Positions 32,804-42,859 of a stretch of 64,000 nt of DNA are shown piece after piece (position 1 is the first letter of the stretch; each line of letters begins with the position of its first letter). The translations under genes and the position numbers were made by a program. Below the pieces are notes generated by a model. The model saw nothing but the letters and a program-made list of their open reading frames with translations. It searched no databases and had not been told where the DNA came from. The stretch is from Marsupella aquatica (Eukaryota > Plantae > Marchantiophyta): the NCBI GenBank assembly GCA_973895155.1, contig OZ316898.1, forward strand, positions 20,967,292-21,031,291, written 5' to 3'.

Positions 32804-35740
32804 GTTTAGGTTTTTCCTTTTCAAACCACGAGTATTTGGTGTGGTTATGAGAACAGTGTCATGCCGGTGGGAGTCTTGTGGAGAGATAGTCCCAGTTGCA
32901 TGTCCCTTTCTCTTCATTGACTTGGTCACAATATCTCTGTTAAGGGGAGTACTTCTTTCCAAATCGAAGTCTGCCGCGTTGGAAAGAAGCATGTTGGTCG
33001 CATCTTCAAATAACCTTGGCGAACTTGCTTGATCGGCGGAATGGAACGCCAATTCCCATATAGTCGGTCCCTTTCCTCTGTTCAACCCTTTTCAATATGC
33101 ACTGTATCCCGCAACTTGAGATAGGCTCGGTTTTGGTCCACTTTGCATGCTTCAAAAAGACCAACTTTTTTCTTTGTAGCCCAGGCTTTCATAGACGCAT
33201 GCCTTGATTCTAACCCTGTATAGTTTGGAATCAAGGCACCTTCTTCTGCGCTTTTGCTTTGCCATAGTCCGAATGCAATAATCAGTACTAGCATTGTATT
33301 ACAAGTGCCCGGCGCTGGCTCCGACAAGTATTTATAACATACATGAAATACAATTTAGATTATGATTCTGGAACTTTATGGACATGTTGGACTCAAATAT
33401 GAGCAAATCATACCAACGCCTGGCGCTAATATAAAGTTGATGGAAATGAAAGACAAGAGAGGAGATGGATGTCATACCACTCGAATAAAATTGCCCCACT
33501 GGCGCCATCAAACAACCCACCAGGATATCCAGCTTTGTAGCATCATGAGCTTTCCAGGGACACAGTTTCCTGATTGCCACCAAACCACAATCTCTCGGGA
33601 CACGCAATACGCTACCACAAACATTGGAGCATTTCTTAGTTTCTCCCAAAGTCTCCGATGTTCCAATTGACATTCTTTGAGTACTCCTTCCTTGGAATGC
33701 CGATGGAAAGATTGATAAAAGTGAAATGCATCAGAGCGCTCCCTCTCCGGGTCTGGGTGTCCACCAAAAAAAACATTCCGCACAGCATTCCATCCAGCTT
33801 GTGCATTGTCCGCCATAAACCCTTGGATGACAACCTCCTGTAATCCATTCTCCTTGCAAACCTCAATCATAACTCTCCAAGCCTTTTTGAAAGACTCAGT
33901 GTCTTCACCTTTCAACTCGCATGTGAAAATTGTACAAAGTGCACGGAAGTTATGGTAGTAGACATGCGCGCTAAAAGTAAACCAATCGGTTGTGATACGC
34001 TGCATCACATCAAAACTGACCCAGGCTCCTTCGAGTCTTCCACCAGGTTGCATCTGTCTCAAAAGATCCACATCGGAACCGTGACCCTTCGTGGTCATTT
34101 TAAAGATGTGAGGCCTATCGTATTGACATCCCTGACCCGAGAGCAAATACCTCTGGAGAAATGATAGGTTAATCTTCTTCTGCATTTGTGAGAGAAAATC
34201 AAGTTCACCCCGACCCTTTTGGTCTATCCTAACGCTCCGACAAAGAGATGCAAACTTCTGGGGAGTGGAAAATACCATCAGAGACTTCCATATTTCAGTT
34301 TCTTTGATATCGACCATGTCGTCAACATGTTCGCAGAGAGCTTTCACTATGGACCCTGTAGCAGAATTCAAGATCCCAGCTGGTTTTGCCAGAGGATTGG
34401 CTTCATGATTTTTTTTAATTAAATCCTCAGCCATCTTCTCCGCACTCCTACAAAAGGTTTTTCTACCTGGATGGTTATGCTCACCTATATGAATTGCCAA
34501 GCGGGACATATGACTACATGTTTCCGCATCAAGTAATACTTGCGGGTACATATAGAACAAACGGGCAGGGCAATACTTGACACAAAAAGGAATCTGATCA
34601 CAATAATGACACACAACACCGCCCTCTTCGATAAAAGATCCGATAGCATACTGACCACTAAGCTTTGGAGTACCCTGCCATGCCTTAGCATTTGCCTTCT
34701 TCTTCCTTTGGAAGTACTCGCAGGACTTGTTCCGACATTCAATGAATCCCGTACAGGTAACCTTACCGAATTGCCAAAGTTTTTTCGGCTGAACGTTCGC
34801 AGTAGTTGGAAATATGCGTGTCCAAATGTAGCAATCTTTGGCATGGTCCATGTCCCTAAGCCTAGAGCCTTTAGAGAGCATCTTGTCAATGGGTGGCAAT
34901 TCAAACACGACATTCCCGTTGTACTTAGTTGGCAGACAGGAGACTTGCTCATGTCTGAAATCACCCGTTGATATGAACCTCGATAACTCGCTATGACCAG
35001 TGGATTTGAGTAACGTATCCATTGCACTCCGCCGATACACGACCTCCAACTGGTTAGAGCTTCCTGGAGTCTCACCTTTAACAACAGCATGTTGCGGGAC
35101 TTTCATTTTCAACGTAGTACTTGGAGTGTGATCCCCATCTTCACTAGAAGAAATCTTGACAACATCAAATGGAACTTGGGGGACACTGGACGGTCCTTCA
35201 TGTTGTCTTACTCGAAGTGAGTACGAAATCCCCGCGTATAGATGCCAAAACCGTTCACCATCATCCACATTGAATGTTGCCGCATCTTCGATGTCATCAT
35301 TGGTTTTGAGCTCTCAAACAATGGCCTCAATATCATTCATCCTCAAATCAAATCTCCCGCAAAGGTATCTCTCCCAGACCTGCTTGTATGTGTCTTCCAC
35401 AGGGACGGGGATGGTCACAATATCTCCAGTCCCGAATCGGGATAGAACGATGGACCGAGACATTGCAATCGAAAACAAATAACGAGGGTTGTAATGTTTC
35501 GAGGAAGAAAAGTCTATGGTAATATGGAGCTTATACCAGTCAAACATGGGAACTTCACGTTAACAGATCCGTTTGTATAAGACATAAAACATAGTCGACA
35601 TAGGATCCGTTGGCAACATAAATGATTTTTGTCGTTTTTCCCCGATAAGTCTGGATGTCAGACGCATACATAATGCCAAAAAAGACACCACAAAAATCTT
35701 TAACAGACTCTAAGATATTGTAAAGTTGGAACAATTTGAG

Positions 35741-36151
35741 TAGCGCCTGGCGCTAACTAAACCGTCTCCAACATAATAAGCCCCAAATCTCAATATTCCA
35801 TATTAGCGCCTGGCGCTAGTATACAAAAACCCTCCAGATATCCATCAATACTATGAAATAATTGGATTGAAATGATCAATGAAAATGTGAATTGTTTTAA
35901 AACTATGGATGAAAAATACTCGTTATCACTAGCGTCGGGCGCTAGTATAGGATGCAAGTAATGTTTCCCAAAAACCATTAAAACAATAGACATTTCTTTA
36001 AATATGGGGTTGTTTTGATGAAATTTATGTATTCGAGGCACCATTTAAGACCTATTCTATAGCTGTTGTTTTTACTAGCGCCGGGCGCTGCCATGACAAT
36101 CATCCAAATTATCTACTTCAAGGGAAGTTGTTTATAATAGCGCCCGACGCT
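35741..36151. repeat. Cluster of five AGCGCCNGGCGCT palindromes between the divergent MULE genes
   Basis: Copies at 35742, 35805, 35931, 36077 and 36139 in AT-rich DNA. Confidence 0.9.
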
Positions 36152-36425
36152 AGTATTCCGAGTGAGGGAGGAAAACGGTCATAACGGTAACATTTAACGG
36201 TAACTTCTGAGTTCCGTGTGTGTTACGCTTCTTCTACCGCTTGATTTAGCTAATTAAGTTCTCAGCATACATACGTTGGAATCCGCCAAACTTACAAGAT
36301 TCTTGCTTTAATCGAAGAGTTCCGCTGAACTCCACCCTCCTTCTAGAATATATTACACGTTGAGAGTTGATTAGAGTTCCATAATTTCATTGTACGATAG
36401 TTTGTACGCTTCTGGAAGGAAGACG

Positions 36426-39400
36426 ATGGAGGTATTCTCCTCTTCATCCAGAGGGTATAGTGTTGTTCCTGACCAAGAGCAAGCTTATTCTGAATCCTCG
36501 CAATCTTCGTTTACTGGTTCAGTTTATACACGTCGTGTAACTCGTTCCACAAAGTTGTTGCCTCCTACTTCTGTTAGCGTTGTTTTGGTTCCTAAATCTC
36601 TGCGTAGAAAGATGGAGAACCTTGATACGATTGTGATCCAAGATGTTTCGGACTGCACACTCACGGAGACTGATCTCATCTCAAAACATGTCATGTGTTT
36701 TGGAAAGGATTCTCGTGGATTTGACAAGGAGCCGCCTTGAATCCCTCTATGCCGATTGGTTCATATGGAGGTGGTTCGTACTTTGCAGAAAGATAGCTCT
36801 TCCATCGAGAAGCTGAAAGACTCGTTTCGCAGTATGGGTTACAATTCATCCTTAGGAATGCATTTCTATGTGCAGCCAATGGATGAGAATGGAATTGTTC
36901 TGACCTGTACCCAGGAAATTCGTGAGTCATGGGATCCAATTTGGCAATTGGAGAACGAGAAGTTTGAGGCTGAATGCGAGGCCAATCCAGATTTTCTCGT
37001 GTTGAAGGATAAGATGTTCTCTGTCTTCGATGGAAATCACAGGCTGTACTCATGGACACTTGTTACCGAGGAGAACCCTGACAATCCAAAATACCATCCT
37101 CGAGTGCTTTGCACAATATTTAAGGGAGACAAGGGATCTCTTATTGAAATTGAGGCAGCTATGCACACTGTGAATCAGTAAGTTCTCATTCTTTTCCGGT
37201 ACCTTATTTGAATCTTGCGAGTGTTCTATTTAAGAGCACTCGGCGCTGGTTATAGATAAAATATACTTTGACTCTAACTCGTTGCATCTCTTCGTGTAGG
37301 CTTGGCCAAGCAGTTGTTGAGCCATCCTGGATTCTCGATGCAGATAGAATCAAACGAATTCTGGCGCATGACCTTGAGTATTACAGTAAAATGATTGACC
37401 TGGCTAATTTCAAGAAGTTTGAGAGCATTCGGCTAAAGACTCGGAAGGGGTCATGGTATACGAAGAAGATGCCACAAGAAGCTCTTGTTTACATTCTATG
37501 TGAGAATAAGATAAAGTCCTATTCTCACCAATTCAAGCTTGACATGGAGGCAACCAAGGCTCAAGGGAGTCCCTGGTCGGTGGATGAGATTTCCAAACGC
37601 CATGCAGCCATGATGAAGGACGCAACCAAAGACTGGGCCATGAAGTCCTCAAAAATTACGCCCTTGTTAAGTCCTGAATTTGAAGATTTTCTTAGTACAT
37701 GTGTAGAAATGTATGCTGTCACAGAGAGAAACAAGAGAGAGAAGAAGCCTGACGCCATCGTATGTACAATGGACCGCGCCCGATTGTTCATTGTTGTTTC
37801 TGCCCTAGACCCAAAGTTGCAGAGCATCCTACTTGTGGCACATTGCAATCCTGAGCTGCGAAGACAGTTTTTCCACCCGACAAGTGTTAACAACGACCCA
37901 GTCAAACAATGGTGTCATACTTGGATCACTTGGAATAGTGTAGAGGGAATTGCTGTCGGCATGTTACATTCATGTCTGCGTGAAGTAGAGCAAACTATGC
38001 CCGCCACTAGATTGGAAGAGTGGAATTGTGGTTCGTTTGATGATCTCGTTCAGTTTGTTACAAATGAATTCAAGAGATATGGTGATTCTGTGAAGAGTAA
38101 GTTCTTTCACACTATGTGGCCTTCAAAGTATCCAGACAAAGAAGACTATACCCAAAAAAACCAGAAGCGGGCTAAAAGGTATCTTTATAGGTTCTACATG
38201 CACATGGAGGTAACCAAACCTGATTACTTCTGGGCATATCCTGCAGCTTTCATGAAGTGGATTACAATAAGTGAGGATGACGCCATAGCTGATTTGTACT
38301 CCATGTACCCAGCGGAGGGCATATTTCCTCCAAGACCTACGATAGAATGGGAGAGAACTCACTACCCCTGGTATCTAGATACAGATAGATGGGATTCTCC
38401 TTTTGATCAAAGGGAGAAAGATGCATTCCATAAGCTTTCAAAGTCCCACATACCAGCAAAAATTGTGTCCGACATGAAGCAAGGCCTGCTAGACGATGTA
38501 GACAAGTCTGCCATGGACTTGCAAAGTATTTGTGAAATGACTATTGTTCATGTGGACCGAAGTCGCAAACCTCGAGCGAAAGCAAAAGCGGAGTTAGCAG
38601 CACCAAGCGAGTCAACAAAATCTGGGAGGAAAAGTGAGTATAGTGTTCACTAGTATGGCGCTGGCTTGAACTATCATGCGAATTCACATTTCTTTCTACA
38701 TTCTTAGGGCTTTGTTGTAACCTAAGTAATTTGCATTTGGTTAGCGCCTGGCGCTAGCTTGTTTGAATACTCAGGATTTACTTGTTCTAACTAGGACCTA
38801 TTGGTAATTTAGGAGGGAGGAAGTTTAATACTGCAGGAACAGGAGATACTAAAGTGGATGCTACACCTGAATTTTTTGAGGCAAACACCGGAGCTCGATC
38901 GGACCCCATTACTCCTGTCGACAAGGGGAAGGTAATAGTTTCGGTTGACGCCACAAGTACCAGGAAGAAACGAAAGAGAGCTATCGAAGGTGGACCTTCT
39001 TCAAGGGAGAGTGTTGCAGCATCTGGTGTCCAACGTGAAGTTGGAAACTTCAAAACTAGAGTGTCTCGTCATGCCATGGTTGAGACAAGCATATCCGAAT
39101 TTTTTGACTCGACTTTCAACAAGGGGGAAAAACCTGAATGGGTTAGTAATGTGGAGAAGTGGGGGAAGGATCTCGTTAAGTCGGGATATAAAGAGAAGGG
39201 TGTTGTGCGGGGAGGAAAAGAAAGATCGTTTGGAGTGGATGCGGGTTTCATTTACCTACCAACCGGGTTCAAACCAACGATCATAGATAAGAAGGTTCCT
39301 AAATGGAACACTCCAGAGCACTCCATGGCTAGATCTTTTTTCAAGTCCATGGATCCATTTCTATCAGATGATGGATTCCTTGCAATTCTACACAATGGGG

Positions 39401-40596
39401 AGTATGATCCCATGTCTCAAGTCATTGCTGCCTGTCAGGAATTGAGAAATTTTTAGTGCATATGCACGCATAATGTTGTAATGTCTATCCCGATGTACGC
39501 GGCAAAGACAGACCGTCAGGTAATCATGTACTCTTAACTATGTCGCATTTTGAAATATAACTTGTTTAACCTGGAGTTGCCAATTGACACTTGGGATTGC
39601 TTTCTGCAGATGTTTACCCTCAGGCTGGACATATTTGGTCGAATTAATGGGAAATGCAAAATTCCCAAAGACCCTAAATTGCGTCCACTCTCCATCAGTG
39701 AGGACCCTCGGTCACCAATTTGATCGGACTCCCTTCTCTCAAATCCGATCCATTCCTGCAAATGGAGTTTTCTGGAAATGCCGCCTGTCTGTTGGGTTTA
39801 TGCCATCTGTCATTGAGCTTGTCACCCGACCTCATGATATTTTTATGGATTGGACCGCTGGGGCTGGAAGCTCCTTCATTGCTGGAGACTTCTCCGGGAG
39901 GTTTGTGCTCGGGATAGAACATAGAAAATAATTTATTGAAACCACTTCAAAGGTTTTCATGGATTTGTTGTCTCCCAAAGAGATTGCGGTTTTACCTCCA
40001 CCTATTCCTATTGCCGACAGAAAGAAGCGAGATAAGCTTCGGTCGGTACTCAATTTTGATTCTGATGATGAGTCCATTGAAGGTGGAGATGGAGAGGAAC
40101 AAGGTACAGGGGACTCGGAGGAGGAAAAGGAAGAACCTCGTTGATCTCCTGATGAAACCGATAGTGATGACTCTTCCGAGTAATGTTCATAAACTCGTAA
40201 GCTTCTTTCTCCATTCCCGTCAATTTATAACATTGATGTGTTGTTTTGGAGAAAGGCACCTAACTTCTTGGATTTTGTTTGATCAGGTCAGAGTGGAATG
40301 CGAGGAAACGTTTCAAACTGCGAAGGAGGGTCGCTAGACACAACATAGAAACACCAGAAAAACCTTTTGTTCTTCCCTCCTATGCAAAGAAAGCCACAAG
40401 GAAAGCCGAGAGTACAAGGACGCTTTGCTGGGAAAACAAAGGTCTTCGATTACAAAGGGGTGTTGACAGGAAGTTTATTAAACATCCTTATGTTGATGAC
40501 TTCTCCCGCAGCCAGTACGTAGATGATGAGGCTGTGTCCACGGACAAATCCAAGAGTACAGATTCTAGTTCCGAATCAGAATCTGCAGAATTGTGA
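36426..40596 (+). pseudogene. Five-exon MULE cargo gene: ParB/Srx-like domain + helical region + beta-class amino-methyltransferase-like domain (about 1230 aa)
   Basis: Exons 36426-37177, 37300-38633, 38795-39519, 39610-40179, 40287-40596 joined by GT-AG introns. FSVFDGNHRL; DAGFIYLPTG..FLSDDGFLAILH; VIELVTRPHDIFMDWTAGAGSSFIAGDFSGRFVLGIE. Stops at 36738, 39454, 39929, 40142 and a frameshift near 39710. Confidence 0.75.
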
Positions 40597-40933
40597 CACG
40601 TATTGAGGAATTTAGGGAGTAATTTTTTACCAGCGCTTGGCGCTAGTACCAACTTGTATTCAAATCCTCTCATTGAGTCCTTATAAATTAATGTCTGATT
40701 CCTTGTGTTTTTTACAAGCGCCAGGCGCTCGCCAAATGGTGATTCATAAAGTGAATATTTCCGGCTCTTATTTGTTTAACATGGCCGTTTGGTCTTTGTC
40801 GTGTCCTACCAACGGTCATCAGAATGAGACAAATAGTAGTCAATACATAGTATAATATACGTTTTGGATACCAACGGCCATTTCATTTAGGTCCGTTACT
40901 TTTCCAAAGAACCCACATTGGTTGTATTCAGAC

Positions 40934-41047
40934 GACATTTTTGGATCTCTAGGATGACATTCGGATCTCTTGTTGACAGCTTTTTTGCACGACATTTTCG
41001 GATCTCTTGTTGACGGCATCTCTCTTGGATGACATTTTAGGATCTCT
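40934..41047. repeat. Four short direct repeats GACATT..GGATCTCT
   Basis: Copies at 40934, 40956, 40991 and 41031. Confidence 0.75.
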
Positions 41048-41211
41048 TTTTGACAACAGTTTTCAAGGACGACACTTGTCACGGACGACAAGTTTTTGGA
41101 CAAGCGACTGTTTTGAGACCGACACCTGTTTGCGGCCCCTTTGCGGACCTTTTGCGTACATTTTTTGCGTTTTTTAGAGGGGAAGTTGCCACTAGATCGG
41201 ATTTATTAAAC

Positions 41212-41673
41212 ATGGAGAGAAACGGTGAGCTCATGGATTGGGAGGTAGCGTTCCTCCCTTCTCGTGTGCGTCCGGAAGAGAGCCATTTCAGTTCTTTTGA
41301 GTCACGGATGGATACTGAAGAGATTGAAACCTCTACTTTCCGAAACCGTCACGCTCTACCATATGATGAGGCTATTAGTCCTGGAGAAAAGAACATCCCA
41401 TGGATCGTCAATTCTCCACCGCTCCCATTCGCAAGCCGGTTCTCGTCTCATGAGGCTATTTCTGTTGATGGTGTATTGCCAATCGATAGGAGAGTTCAAG
41501 AAATGTTTGGGCGCGTTGACTTTAAGGATAGTAACATTCCCAATGAAACTTATACGAGGGCAGTGCGTCGGGGTCCTTCTGAGAGATACATTCGATTGCG
41601 TGGTCTTGGATTCAAGAAAAATCGGAGGAGAGAAGCGGCTGGAGTGGAGGATGATTGCAACTCTAAAAGCTAG
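41212..41673 (+). CDS. Possible third MULE gene, unknown function
   Basis: ATG-initiated part of the 207-codon frame 41050-41673; no recognisable motif. Confidence 0.3.
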   Translation: MERNGELMDWEVAFLPSRVRPEESHFSSFESRMDTEEIETSTFRNRHALPYDEAISPGEKNIPWIVNSPPLPFASRFSSHEAISVDGVLPIDRRVQEMFGRVDFKDSNIPNETYTRAVRRGPSERYIRLRGLGFKKNRRREAAGVEDDCNSKS

Positions 41674-42339
41674 ATGCAATCACTTATTTGTTGTTCCTCC
41701 CGTTTTTCATGAAGAACGACATCGCATTGTTCAGTTTGGTGATCACTTTAAGCTAGCGCCGAGTGCAGCTTAAGCTCTTTCGATGTTTCGGGATGGAGTC
41801 GCCCTCGACTTAGTTTTTAGGGTTTTCCCTGGATGTTGTCTTCAGGAATTCCATAGTTTTTCCTGCAGTTGTTGGCTAGCGCCCAACGCTACTTTTGTTT
41901 TACTGGAAATCCTCAGCCGGGGTCGACCGTGGCTTCTGTATATCAGATTTCTAGGCCTACAGGTTTTAACTTATTTGTGCGTTTTTTGGACCTGCGCCGA
42001 ACGCGTTATGTACTTTGCGATGATATATGGCAGTTTTATTTTTCCCCTATGCATTTTGACATATATTGGTCTTGGATTTTGTTTATCTCAATTGTGAGAC
42101 GGTTTTATTTGTTGTAAAATAGATGATTCTGTCTAGTCCAATTTCCTTTCACGCGAATTTGATCGTCTTGATTTCTATACCAGTAGTTTGAAACGCATAT
42201 TTCGTCCACTTTTTTCATGATCACTGTTCAACGCTACCCAAACACTGTTCGTTGGTAACAGTTTCTTTTTGCTGATAACAGTAACTGTTTGCTGTTACTG
42301 TTATCTGTTTGCTATTGTTTGTAAATTCCCCGTTGGCTT

Positions 42340-42557
42340 GACATACGTGTGTGATCAGATTGGTGCGGGATCGATGGGGTATTGTTGACCGGGATCGTTG
42401 TGCCGATTGTATTGAGATTATTGTGGGTTTTGGACATGTGTGGACATGAGTTCCATTTGTATTCCATTCTCTTGTGTTTGTGATGTGGCAGTGTGACTAT
42501 GTCTAGATGTATGTGACAAGTGATGTATGTTGTGTAGCAATGTGTCTGCGCATGACA
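42340..42557 (+). repeat. 3' LTR of the methyltransferase retrotransposon, right part
   Basis: Resumes after the TSD; 42422-42557 repeats 27041-27176 and ends ...GACA. Confidence 0.7.
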
Positions 42558-42859
42558 GGTTCCTAACCAGAATAATCTTTATGGTACAACCCCTGGCCGA
42601 GTTATGAGTATACACCAGGCTGCAAGTAGTCAATTCAGATCAATGGCAGAAGAATAATCATTATGCCTCGAGTAACTCGGAAGTGTGACTCATTTATGCC
42701 CTGTTTGGCCTTGATGGGCAAATGAGGGGTCTGGACCCAGTCATTTGTCATCCGGCACACCTCAGTTGTCCCACCCCTGTCCCGACACCGTTCCAACCCA
42801 ATCCCGACCTGGTCCTCACCCCGCCTAGTTGGACAACACGTAAACTTGCCCGTTAGCTC

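Larger units (their letters stand above)
28134..35547 (-). pseudogene. Mutator-type DDE transposase with N-terminal Cys/His (GCM/WRKY-like) domain and C-terminal SWIM finger
   Basis: C..C..C..CHYC..CPA..HNHP; WVSFD...FMADNAQAGWNAV...DAFHF; LESRHASMK; CSCEDF..PCKHLYW. Several in-frame stops, one frameshift, an intron at about 33260-33478. The frame is restored on removing 29213-32803 plus one TSD copy. Confidence 0.85.
27429..42330 (-). mobile_element. Mutator-like DNA transposon (degenerate-TIR type) with cargo genes
   Basis: CGTTGGCTT duplicated at 27420-27428 and 42331-42339 (9 bp, or 10 bp with the next G). GGG...CCC ends, oppositely oriented subterminal AACAG/CTGTTAC motifs, MULE-type transposase with SWIM finger. 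Confidence 0.88.
22585..42557 (+). mobile_element. 3' part of a degenerate Ty3/Gypsy retrotransposon with C5-methyltransferase and PHD domains; 3' LTR interrupted by a MULE
   Basis: One reading frame from about 22585 to 26852 broken only by stop codons, PPT at 27029-27036, LTR from 27041. Confidence 0.88.

Noticed and set aside
35741-36151. CRISPR array
   Set aside because: Repeats are only 13-15 bp with irregular spacing, also occur in introns, and there are no cas genes.
36426-40596. Bacterial or phage contamination
   Set aside because: Spliceosomal introns, a TSD-bounded position within plant-type TEs, and C>T decay like the neighbours.
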